DNA of 64,000 nucleotides, from the NCBI GenBank assembly GCA_023475225.1, contig JAMCVK010000008.1, positions 13,018-77,017 on the forward strand. The letters run 5' to 3'. Shown piece by piece: positions 37,207 to 45,663 of this stretch. A program made the translations under genes and the position numbers. This DNA is from Chloroflexota bacterium (GTDB taxonomy: Bacteria; Chloroflexota; UBA6077; FW602-bin22; JAMCVK01). The notes beneath the pieces are model-generated. The model saw nothing but the letters and a program-made list of their open reading frames with translations. It did not search any database and was not told the DNA's origin. Within the stretch, counting starts at the first letter, position 1; every line of letters begins with the position of its first letter.

Positions 37207-39144
37207 TCACTTTACTAATTTACCATACTGCGCCAGCCTTTCGGCCACTCCTTCCAGGCCAAGCTCCTGTAGGCATTTCTCTGTCTGCCAACTCGTGGCC
37301 AGGTCCCAGCCCTGTAGGGTATAGTACTCCTCCAACATTTGTTCCCACTTCTTGTGCTCTAGCACTTCTCCAGCGAATGGCCCTGATTTAGTGGGCTCCC
37401 TCATCAGCCGTTCTGGAGGGAAATCATCCTGGCGCGTGAAGCCAGCGTGAAGAGTGTTAAAGGCCTTCTCAACGTTATGGAGACGTTGACCGAGACGCAG
37501 CAGTTCCCCACTGGAGAGGTTAGTGCCTGTAGTGGCTGAGAAAAGTAGGGCGAGGTCCTCGGGATCAATTAAGTCGCTATCCAGCCAGCAGGTTAGGAAA
37601 TAGCATATCCCCAACATATCGACCACAGCCTTAAACTTCTCAAACCAGAAAACGACTTGGGCTTGTCCCTCGTAGGCGGTGAGGTTACCGGCGGCTGCTG
37701 TACCATAGAGGGCTCTTCCCAACTCCGGCGATATGCGCCGGAAGCCGGTACTTGGAGCACCGTCAAGGTGTCCCCCACCCCGTGTGCTGGTTACAATACC
37801 CAAGGCCCAAGATTTGCTTATCCTCATCCCCCCCTCGTTCATATCCGCCCCTTTTATATGCATAGCGTAGCGTTCAGAACCTCTACCGATGGTCTTGGCT
37901 GCTTGTCTCACGCCCTGGGCTAAGAATTTCCCGAAGTCCTGCCGATAGGCTAGCTGTTCCACCAACTTTAGAGCAGCCTGATAATCACCCCAATTGAGCT
38001 GCAGCCCTCCCGTATCTTTGATATTGATGATACCACGTTCGTAGAGCTCGCAGGCCCAGGCCAGGCATACCCCAGCCATATCTGTATCCAAACCCAGTTG
38101 GTTACACAGGGCCTGAGCCTTGATGAGCGCAGGGGGGTAATCAATATCAAGATTGGGGCCAAAGACCCTGATGGTGTTAGCCTGTATCCCCTCACAGCGT
38201 ATGCCGGCGTAGGGTCCCTCTTTTATACCATAGAAATGGCCACAATAGACAGGACAGTTGAAACAAGCTAACCTTCGCCGCTCAAAGTTGTCCTTAAAGA
38301 CCTGCTCTTTTATCTTCGCCGATCGCTCGGCAGGCCAGTAGTCATCCTGGTAATTACGCACGGTTTGAGGTTGCGTACCATAAGCTCCTCCAGCTGCATA
38401 GGCATAATGCGTTCCTCCAGTGCGAAGCAACCCTGCTCCGGATGATTCTTCGATCTTTCGTAAGCAGCGCCTCACATGCTCCAACAGCGTATCTGGATCG
38501 TAGACCTGAATCGGCTGGGTGCCTCGAACAGCGATGGCTTTCAGGCGTTTAGAGCCCAGTACAGCCCCTGTCCCACCCCTGCCCGCCGCTCTGCCTCTCT
38601 CGATGATCAGACAAGCACCCAGTACCAGGTTTTCTCCAGCCGGACCAATACTGGCCACCCGCAGGCGATCATCATCCATCCTCTCCTGTAACCAGCTCTC
38701 CGTCTCCCAGGTAGTCTTGCCCCAAAGAGGAGAGGCGTCCAGGAGCTCAGCCTTATCATCCTGGATAAGCAAAAAGACCGGCTGAGATGCTACTCCTTCA
38801 ATTATAAGGGCATCAAAGCCGGCAAACTTCAGTTCTGGTCCGAACCGTCCTCCGGCGCTGGAGGAGGCTACCCCACCGGTAAGGGGGTTCTTCGTATCAA
38901 CGTTCAAGCGCCCTGAGGCTGGAGCAATAGTACCCGTGAGGGGCCCGGTGCTTAACACTACCTTATTACCCGGCTCAAGGGCGCCAACCGATGGCTCAAG
39001 CTCCTGGAACAAAACCCACTGACCAATCCCACGTCCACCTATCATCTCTCGGGCATAAGCCTCAGTCGGCTCTACGTTTATCTTCGCCGTTGATAGGTCC
39101 ACTCGCAGGATCTTTCCTGTCCAGCCAAGGGTCTGTTCCACCAC
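37207..39144 (-). CDS. Aldehyde:ferredoxin oxidoreductase family (tungstopterin-type AOR)
   Basis: 645 aa. GWTGKILRVDLSTAKI...GGRGIG matches the AOR N-terminal domain and the length fits. GTG start. Confidence 0.9.
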   Translation of the reverse strand: MVEQTLGWTGKILRVDLSTAKINVEPTEAYAREMIGGRGIGQWVLFQELEPSVGALEPGNKVVLSTGPLTGTIAPASGRLNVDTKNPLTGGVASSSAGGRFGPELKFAGFDALIIEGVASQPVFLLIQDDKAELLDASPLWGKTTWETESWLQERMDDDRLRVASIGPAGENLVLGACLIIERGRAAGRGGTGAVLGSKRLKAIAVRGTQPIQVYDPDTLLEHVRRCLRKIEESSGAGLLRTGGTHYAYAAGGAYGTQPQTVRNYQDDYWPAERSAKIKEQVFKDNFERRRLACFNCPVYCGHFYGIKEGPYAGIRCEGIQANTIRVFGPNLDIDYPPALIKAQALCNQLGLDTDMAGVCLAWACELYERGIINIKDTGGLQLNWGDYQAALKLVEQLAYRQDFGKFLAQGVRQAAKTIGRGSERYAMHIKGADMNEGGMRISKSWALGIVTSTRGGGHLDGAPSTGFRRISPELGRALYGTAAAGNLTAYEGQAQVVFWFEKFKAVVDMLGICYFLTCWLDSDLIDPEDLALLFSATTGTNLSSGELLRLGQRLHNVEKAFNTLHAGFTRQDDFPPERLMREPTKSGPFAGEVLEHKKWEQMLEEYYTLQGWDLATSWQTEKCLQELGLEGVAERLAQYGKLVK

Positions 39145-39362
39145 CTACACCTCATCACCATAACTAGAGCCCGTTATTTTAGATTCAGCGATGGCCTTTA
39201 CTTTCAAAGGATAGGCCAGGTGAACCTTGTCCCCCAGCTCCCCCAGCCAGTCGTGTATCATTGTTCTCCTCATATAAGGTTTGAGTTTCCCCCACGGACC
39301 AGCTGTCATGCGACGCTGCTCCTGCCATCAGTGGAATGCCCTCATCATCTCGTGTATCCCAG

Positions 39363-40763
39363 CTATAGGGTGGGCCACCTGGAACACGGTTGAACACCTG
39401 TCCTGGCTAAAAGCGCCTGGGCACGTCGTCTTGCTTCAGCCAAGACCTCCTCCTCATCCAGGGTAAGAACATGGCCATCCTTGACCACTACTTTTCCATC
39501 TATAAGCACAGTGTCAACATCACCTCCACAGGCGCTGTAGACTAACCCTGAAACAGGATTGGGACAAGGGGTTAGATGGGGCTTGTCCATATCGATGATG
39601 ACCAAATCTGCCTTCTTGCCAACCTCCAAGGAGCCGATCTCACTATCTAGCCCCATAGCCTTTGCCCCATTGATCGTGGCCATCTCAACTACTTGTTCGG
39701 CCGGCATCACCGTCGGATCGAGGGTGATGCCATTGTGGATGACTGCAGCGAGCTTCATCTCTCGTACGAGATCGTAGGTATTATTACAGTGACCACCATC
39801 GGTGCCCAAGCCCACGTTGACCCCTTGCTGAAGCATCGCCGGAATCGGGGCGAAGCCGTGTCCTCCTTTCATATTAGAAGAGGGACAATGCACCACATGC
39901 GTCCCCATCCGAGCAAGGGTGACTATTTCAGCCTCTGTTAACCAAACAGCGTGGGCCAGGAGGCAATTTGGCCCCAACAAGCCAACGCTTTCAGCAAACT
40001 CAACGGGCAGCAGACCGAATTCACTCTTCGTATACTCCACGTTGGTTTTCACCTCAGCCAGGTGTACCGTGATACCCAAGCCCCTTTTCGCGGCAATCTT
40101 GCTGATCTCCTGGTACAGACCAGGCGTGCATCCTCCCAGTGGGCGAGGACCGAACCAGACCTTGATGCGACCACCGCCCACCCCATCCCACTTATCGTGC
40201 ATGGCTAAGGCTTCAGCCAGGCTGGCCTGGCGATCCTCCTCCAAACCGCTGTGCATAATATTGTACATAATATTTAACGCCGCGGCACGACCAGGACTGG
40301 GCCGATCCATCACCGTCTTAGATAGCACCGCCCTCATCCCAGACGCTCTTACCACCTCAGCTATTCCATCAAACCCATAGCGGCTGGCGATCATCGACTC
40401 GACGAAGGCCGTAGTGCCCGAGCGCAACATCTCCAATAGACAGAGGGCGGCGCTGGCCCGCCCGTCCTCCACAGTGTAATTCCCCTGCAGTACCAAAATT
40501 CTTTGGCCAAGCCTCTGTAACTGAGGTAGATCATCGGCACAGCAACGGAGCATCGCCTGGGCCAGGTGAACGTGGGTATTAATGAGGCCTGGCATAATGA
40601 GCTTGCCTGTAGCCTCGATCCGTTCCTCAGCGGGGAACTGCTTCCTCATCTCCTCCGTCTTTCCTACCCCCACGATGCGGTCGCCCTGAATGGCAACTGC
40701 TCCATCGAGGATGATACGTCGTTGCGCATCTACAGTGATAACAGTAGCCTTCTCAAAAATCAT
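39363..40763 (-). CDS. Amidohydrolase, ATZ/TRZ/SsnA-like family (second paralogue)
   Basis: 466 aa. PGLINTHVHLAQAMLR, HLAE and the C-terminal GSLEVGKKADLVIID are present. Confidence 0.85.
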   Translation of the reverse strand: MIFEKATVITVDAQRRIILDGAVAIQGDRIVGVGKTEEMRKQFPAEERIEATGKLIMPGLINTHVHLAQAMLRCCADDLPQLQRLGQRILVLQGNYTVEDGRASAALCLLEMLRSGTTAFVESMIASRYGFDGIAEVVRASGMRAVLSKTVMDRPSPGRAAALNIMYNIMHSGLEEDRQASLAEALAMHDKWDGVGGGRIKVWFGPRPLGGCTPGLYQEISKIAAKRGLGITVHLAEVKTNVEYTKSEFGLLPVEFAESVGLLGPNCLLAHAVWLTEAEIVTLARMGTHVVHCPSSNMKGGHGFAPIPAMLQQGVNVGLGTDGGHCNNTYDLVREMKLAAVIHNGITLDPTVMPAEQVVEMATINGAKAMGLDSEIGSLEVGKKADLVIIDMDKPHLTPCPNPVSGLVYSACGGDVDTVLIDGKVVVKDGHVLTLDEEEVLAEARRRAQALLARTGVQPCSRWPTL

Positions 40764-40877
40764 GCTCCCCCTCCAGGCGAGTATATTGGGACACAGGGTA
40801 GATCCATTGGTGTTGGCCTTGTCAACTTCACGGATAACGGATGAACTTGAGCTGTACTAACTGAGAGGCAGACGCAC

Positions 40878-41891
40878 CTACTTAATGGTAACCGCCGCCG
40901 GATCAACCTTCTTCAAGCCATCGACGTAAACGAACGGCTTGAAGTTAGGTACCACCGCTCCCTTCAGGGCCAGACCCGCATCTATGGCCCATTGGGCCTG
41001 TCTTTGCCACTCGTTGAGCAACCCCTGGCTCAGCTCAGTCTTAATCTGATACTCATCCCATATAGCTTCCACCAGAACTGGATCCCACTTCGTTCCCTTG
41101 ACCACCAGCTCGATCGCCTCCTTCTTGTTCTGCTTCAGGAAGGCGTCGGCTTTGAGCATCACCCGCAAGATACGCTCAATTGTCTCCGGATTCTGCTGAG
41201 CATAGTCTTGAGTAGTAGCCAGCAAGGAGTGACCAGTATACTGGGGATAAATAAATTCCACATAGTTGTCCCCCAGGGCCTGCTTCGCCTTGAAGAAGTT
41301 GGGTTGCCAGCTGAAGAAGGCATCGATATTGCGGGCAGACAAGGCCAGAACCATATCGGTCGGGACTACGTTCACCACCTGCACATCGGCCTCGGTTAAC
41401 CCGTTAGCCTTGAGGAAGGAATGCATAAAATATTGGGCGTTGGTCCCCAGGCTGGTACCCACCTTCTTGCCTTTCAGGTCTTTTGGGGTAGTTATCCCAG
41501 CATCCTTACGCGCTACCGCCCGCCAAGTCGTGTACCTCTCTGTATCGGCGATGATGGCTATCTTCTGCCCCTGAAAGGCAGCGAAGACGATGGGTATCTC
41601 GGCCACCGTAGCCAGGTGAGCCTTCCCTCCTAGGACAGCCTCCAAGGCGGCCCGACCAGTGGTGAAGGTCACCTTCGTCACCTTAATCCCTTCTTGAGCC
41701 CAAAGCTCCTTAGCATCAGCGATAGGGATCTGGGCCCAGGCTGGCGAAGGTGTCTCAGCAATGATCAGTTCCACCGGTTTCACGGCCACCTTCGTCGGTG
41801 TTGGTGTTGGGGCAGCCGCGGGGGTACAGGCGCTGGAGGCGAAACTGAGCAGTACAACGATGATTATGGGTAGCGAAAACCATCTTTTCAC
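40878..41891 (-). CDS. ABC-type substrate-binding lipoprotein, NMT1/THI5-like (second copy, orphan)
   Basis: 337 aa with a lipobox-like SSAC followed by TPAAAPTPTPTK. GTG start with AAAGGAGAC RBS. Confidence 0.75.
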   Translation of the reverse strand: MKRWFSLPIIIVVLLSFASSACTPAAAPTPTPTKVAVKPVELIIAETPSPAWAQIPIADAKELWAQEGIKVTKVTFTTGRAALEAVLGGKAHLATVAEIPIVFAAFQGQKIAIIADTERYTTWRAVARKDAGITTPKDLKGKKVGTSLGTNAQYFMHSFLKANGLTEADVQVVNVVPTDMVLALSARNIDAFFSWQPNFFKAKQALGDNYVEFIYPQYTGHSLLATTQDYAQQNPETIERILRVMLKADAFLKQNKKEAIELVVKGTKWDPVLVEAIWDEYQIKTELSQGLLNEWQRQAQWAIDAGLALKGAVVPNFKPFVYVDGLKKVDPAAVTIK

Positions 41892-42025
41892 CGAAAGTCT
41901 CCTTTCATAAAACTAAAATACTGCACTTTAAGATACGATCAACCATCAGCACCTATGGTTTTGTTTAGCACCTCCTCAGCGAGCGACCAGGACTGCCTCA
42001 GTTAGCAACTGCTAAGCACCCTTGG

Positions 42026-43417
42026 CTATGAGAACGCGCTGCCCAGAGGCACACCTAAGTCTATAAGCTCTCGCTTCACTTTGAGATAGAGATCAAGCCA
42101 CTCTCGGGCTGGCTGAAGTGTCCCCAAATCGAAGCACTCGACGAAGCTCTTCCCCTTGGGGGGATCTTTAAGGCTATCCTCGTACTTCGCCAGGAGGATC
42201 TTGACAATCTCGTTAGCTTGTTCGCGTTTCAATCCGGCTGATCGCTTTAAGACCTCGCCACAAAATTTGCACTCCAGAGGGGTTAGGTAGTTGGCGTACT
42301 TACCGCCGGCCGAACGGGGTCCGATCACAATACTGGCTCCCGAAACAGCGAAGTTCAACATCACGGCAGCTGACTCATAGAGCAACATCTCCGTGCCAGG
42401 ACCAGCCACCTGATTAGTAACCGAATTAGTGATTAGATGGGTATTGCGACTCAAAGCTTGAAAGACGACGCTTATCGTCCACTGGGCATGGCGGCCGCAG
42501 TTGCCCATGTAGCGCAGGTCCAGCACGCCAGAGGCACCGCAATGACACTGGTGAACGACGTATTGCAACAGGGAAAAGGCGATAGCTGAAAGGGCAGCCC
42601 CCTCCGGTGGCCCGGAGTAGCCACCGATCATGGAGGAGGCCCCAGAGAGGATCACCCCACCACAGTTCAAGGCATGGACCACTTTATGAAGGGAGGTATA
42701 GGTAGTTTTGAGCTCGGCTGGGGAGAGGACAAGAGCGATATCTGTTGGTTTAAAGCCACCCGGTAGACCATAGCCACCCAATTGCCCAAACTCGGTTGTG
42801 CTGGAGATAACCGCTGTCGCGGGCATGCCTGATCTACCAGCCCGCCAGAGCGCCTCGTGGTGCATCTGGGCATGGAGCCTTCCAGCGAATGTTTCATAGG
42901 GGGTAGCGGACAATATGGGTCGGCCAAATACAGTCTCCAGGGAACCACCCTGGGCGATGTCTACCTCCCGGTTTTGGACAATGCCCTGCATAAGAGGCAC
43001 CCATAGGTCCTCGGAGACCACTATGCCCAAGGGGGCCGTAAAGGCTGGGGGATGTGGATCTTCCGGCTGGCGCGCTCGCAGAATCACTGTTTCTCGTCCC
43101 TCGCCGACAGGTAACTCACGCGGCGCCCGCTGAATGGCTGATCGCAATTCATCCTCACTCACCTTGATTACTCTCTCAGTATTTAAGCAAAGCATGCCCA
43201 CTTCAACGGCCAACTCAAAACCAGCCTTAAAGAAGGCGTCAGCCAGAGCATCGTCGCTGTTTATAGGGTGCTCTGGGGTGCAGGTACCTTGCAGGTGGTA
43301 ATCCTTCAACTTCTCGGCTACCCTGGGGGGAATAACACGCATATCCCAGTCTTTAACTGCGCAGAGCGGGCCGGTGTGGGCTCGATCGAGAATATCCAGG
43401 ATAGTAAAGACAGACAT
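42026..43417 (-). CDS. MtmB-family (monomethylamine methyltransferase fold) protein lacking pyrrolysine
   Basis: 463-aa uninterrupted ORF. It matches Methanosarcina MtmB (as recalled) end to end. DRAHTGPLCAVKDWDMRVIP aligns with DRAKVGEKCTQDDWDLMKIP. FFKAGFELAVEVGMLCLNTERVIKVSEDEL aligns with LFKAGFEMLLECGIYCTDTHRIVKYTEDEI. VAGPGTEMLLYESAA aligns with CAGPCTEMCLLEASA. GKSFVECFDL aligns with GKTFQECYDV. There is no in-frame TAG. Confidence 0.75.
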   Translation of the reverse strand: MSVFTILDILDRAHTGPLCAVKDWDMRVIPPRVAEKLKDYHLQGTCTPEHPINSDDALADAFFKAGFELAVEVGMLCLNTERVIKVSEDELRSAIQRAPRELPVGEGRETVILRARQPEDPHPPAFTAPLGIVVSEDLWVPLMQGIVQNREVDIAQGGSLETVFGRPILSATPYETFAGRLHAQMHHEALWRAGRSGMPATAVISSTTEFGQLGGYGLPGGFKPTDIALVLSPAELKTTYTSLHKVVHALNCGGVILSGASSMIGGYSGPPEGAALSAIAFSLLQYVVHQCHCGASGVLDLRYMGNCGRHAQWTISVVFQALSRNTHLITNSVTNQVAGPGTEMLLYESAAVMLNFAVSGASIVIGPRSAGGKYANYLTPLECKFCGEVLKRSAGLKREQANEIVKILLAKYEDSLKDPPKGKSFVECFDLGTLQPAREWLDLYLKVKRELIDLGVPLGSAFS

Positions 43418-43439
43418 TGAATACCTCTCTCTTTTTCTC

Positions 43440-44117
43440 TTAATTTGCGCTGGTTTTTGTGGCCGATTTCATCAGCTCTTTACAGACCCTCACGGCCTCA
43501 GCGGCATCACGACCATAGGCATCGGCCCCTATGGAGTGGGCCCACTCTCGCGTCACCGGTCCACCGCCGACGATAACCTTGTACATCTCTCTTTCACCAC
43601 TTGCTACCAGGGTAGAGATGAGATATTTCATATAAGGCATCGAGGTCGTCAGTAAAGAGCTCATAGCAATGATATCCGCCCCCGTGTCCCGCGCTCTAGC
43701 CAGGAAGGTAGACACCGGAACATCCGTCCCCAGGTCAGTCACCTCAAAGCCATTCACCTGGAGCATAACTCCCACCAGGTTCTTTCCTATATCGTGGATG
43801 TCGCCTTGCATCGTCCCAATGACCACTCTGGCCAAAGACTTTACCGCTGAGTCTCCCTGTCTGAGGACGGGTTCCAGAACTTTATTGATCTCCTGGACGA
43901 CTTCTGCGGCCAACATCATCTCCGGCAGAAAGATCTCAAACCGCTCAAATTTATCCCCAATCTTCCTGAGAGTGGGGATGATGCACTCATCGAATATTTG
44001 GGGTGGGGTCAGCCCAACAGTTAACGCCTGCTGGGCCAGCTCGTGCCCCCGTGTGGTTTGTCCTTGACTTATGGCCGCCATAAGGCTCGCCTTGATCTCC
44101 TCGACTGATGTGCTCAT
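43440..44117 (-). CDS. Corrinoid (cobalamin-binding) protein, MtmC/MtbC/MttC-like
   Basis: 225 aa. An N-terminal helical cap is followed by a B12-binding Rossmann domain with DxHxxG (GDIHDIGKN). Confidence 0.85.
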   Translation of the reverse strand: MSTSVEEIKASLMAAISQGQTTRGHELAQQALTVGLTPPQIFDECIIPTLRKIGDKFERFEIFLPEMMLAAEVVQEINKVLEPVLRQGDSAVKSLARVVIGTMQGDIHDIGKNLVGVMLQVNGFEVTDLGTDVPVSTFLARARDTGADIIAMSSLLTTSMPYMKYLISTLVASGEREMYKVIVGGGPVTREWAHSIGADAYGRDAAEAVRVCKELMKSATKTSAN

Positions 44118-44281
44118 TACTATCTCCCTTTTATATTTATAAACGTATCAATCCCTGAAAAATCCCATCTTAGGGGATTTAAGAGGATACACCCCTACCT
44201 CCCCTGCTCACAGCGGCCAGGACAGCAAAGGCCCCCTCTACTCCCTATCGAACGTACCTTGGAAGAATCTCTAGGTATCTT

Positions 44282-45001
44282 TTAAGAAAGGCCCCCTTCG
44301 ATGGCAATTACCCTGGCCGGTGCTCCATCAGATCCCTTTATCTTCAAGGGGAGGCATATTAGCCAGACCCGTTCCCTGCTGATGGCCCCTAGATTAGTTA
44401 ACCACTCGATCAGAACGATTCCCTTCTTAAGAAATTTACGGTGGTTTGGACTACCTTTCCCCGAAGGGCGCAGCGCCCCACAATGTGGGCATGCGACAAA
44501 TGGTTGAACCTCAGCCATAAAGTCAAGGGCGAGGGATTTGATGCCTCGGCCGATAAGCCAGTCGCAGGCATCTGTGGAAAGCCAGATCATAGCGCGCCAG
44601 AATCTCTCTGTTCCCCAAGGCCCTCGCTCCGTCCAGCCGCTGCGCAGGATGACTATATCGCCCTCTTTCACCTGGGCCGTGGAGGAGCTGAGATCCGCCG
44701 CAGTAACACCCTCACCTGGGTGTTTATGACTCAAATCAATGAGGACCGCTTCCCCCACCAGCTGTTCCAGGGGGATTTCATCGTTGGCCAGCCCATCCTC
44801 ATAAAAATGTTTGGGGGCATCTATATGGGTGAAGCTCTGCGTAGTGGTCTGTATCTTCTGCATAAAGAGGCCATCTTTAGCAATCGTGGCGAAGGTTTCA
44901 ATCCTCGTCGGGGGCTCCTCCTGGCCGAAGGTCACCCTGGCTGGATATTTGGTCCAGGCATCTTGCGAAGATATGCTCAACGTGAGATCGATCAAACGCA
45001 C
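44282..45001 (-). CDS. Cyclase-family protein (kynurenine formamidase-like metal hydrolase)
   Basis: 239 aa with the HxDxPxH motif (THIDAPKHF). GTG start. Confidence 0.75.
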   Translation of the reverse strand: MRLIDLTLSISSQDAWTKYPARVTFGQEEPPTRIETFATIAKDGLFMQKIQTTTQSFTHIDAPKHFYEDGLANDEIPLEQLVGEAVLIDLSHKHPGEGVTAADLSSSTAQVKEGDIVILRSGWTERGPWGTERFWRAMIWLSTDACDWLIGRGIKSLALDFMAEVQPFVACPHCGALRPSGKGSPNHRKFLKKGIVLIEWLTNLGAISRERVWLICLPLKIKGSDGAPARVIAIEGGLS

Positions 45002-45095
45002 GGGTAAAATCCCATCCTTGCCACTGGCTGAGCGTGCTCAGCGACATTATGATCAATCAGCTATCTAGCGTCATTGTTAGGGGGATATAAATTTG

Positions 45096-45108
45096 ATATG
45101 CGGATATT
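45096..45108. promoter_or_regulatory. Candidate MarR operator copy upstream of the cyclase-corrinoid-MtmB-like operon
   Basis: atatgcggatatt is identical to 35748-35760. A nearby ggggatat half-site lies at 45081-45088. Confidence 0.45.
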
Positions 45109-45172
45109 TCGCTTGCAAAATAGTTTAGCAGACAAAGTACAGATTGTCAAGGCTTTTTGCAACCAAATTTGG

Positions 45173-45201
45173 TAGACAGACCCTCTAAGGCATAGTATAA
45201 T
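45173..45201 (+). promoter_or_regulatory. Sigma70-like promoter for the ferredoxin gene
   Basis: TAGACA 45173-45178, 17 nt, TATAAT 45196-45201. Confidence 0.45.
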
Positions 45202-45244
45202 TAGTCCCTGGCAGTGACCAACGCCAGAAAGGTGGTGAGAAAGC

Positions 45245-45490
45245 ATGGCCCTGATGATAACAGAGGATTGCATCAGTTGTGGTGCCTGTGAACCGGAGTG
45301 CCCCAATCAAGCGATCAGCGAAGGGGAAACTATCTATATCATCGATCCGGATAAGTGCACCGAATGCGTCGGTTTCTACGATGAGCCGCAGTGTGCCTCT
45401 GTTTGCCCCGTCGATGCCTGTGTGCCAGACCCCAACCGCAGGGAGACACGGGAGCAACTGCTCGCTAAGAAGGAGCGCCAACACAGCTAA
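45245..45490 (+). CDS. YfhL-type 2x[4Fe-4S] ferredoxin
   Basis: 81 aa with [12 protein letters not shown] and [18 protein letters not shown]. Confidence 0.9.
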   Translation: MALMITEDCISCGACEPECPNQAISEGETIYIIDPDKCTECVGFYDEPQCASVCPVDACVPDPNRRETREQLLAKKERQHS

Positions 45491-45560
45491 AGTATCCCCT
45501 ATTTAGGGGCAAATTCGTGCCCTGCCCTCAAAGGAGAAGGTTTTTCTCAAGTGTGCCTTT

Positions 45561-45594
45561 GGCGTGACTCACATCGTCAGGAGTCACGCCTTTT
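45561..45594 (+). terminator. Rho-independent terminator after the ferredoxin gene
   Basis: ggcgtgactc acatcgtcag gagtcacgcc followed by tttt. Confidence 0.75.
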
Positions 45595-45663
45595 CTATGT
45601 CAGCTAAACCCTCTCCTTTAGCAAGAAGAATTAAACAGACAAGACGATAGATGCTCTGCCCTA

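Noticed and set aside
39185-39397. 70-aa ORF in the 218-nt gap upstream of the AOR gene
   Set aside because: It overlaps the 3' end of the amidohydrolase gene, has no RBS, and has a low-complexity Gly-rich sequence. I also could not recognise a Moco/Tuco riboswitch consensus in this gap.
42026-43417. Pyrrolysine (UAG read-through) or a split-gene arrangement in the MtmB-like gene
   Set aside because: The ORF is continuous over the full 463 aa with no in-frame TAG, and no pyl genes or PYLIS-like context were seen. Hence it is called non-Pyl.
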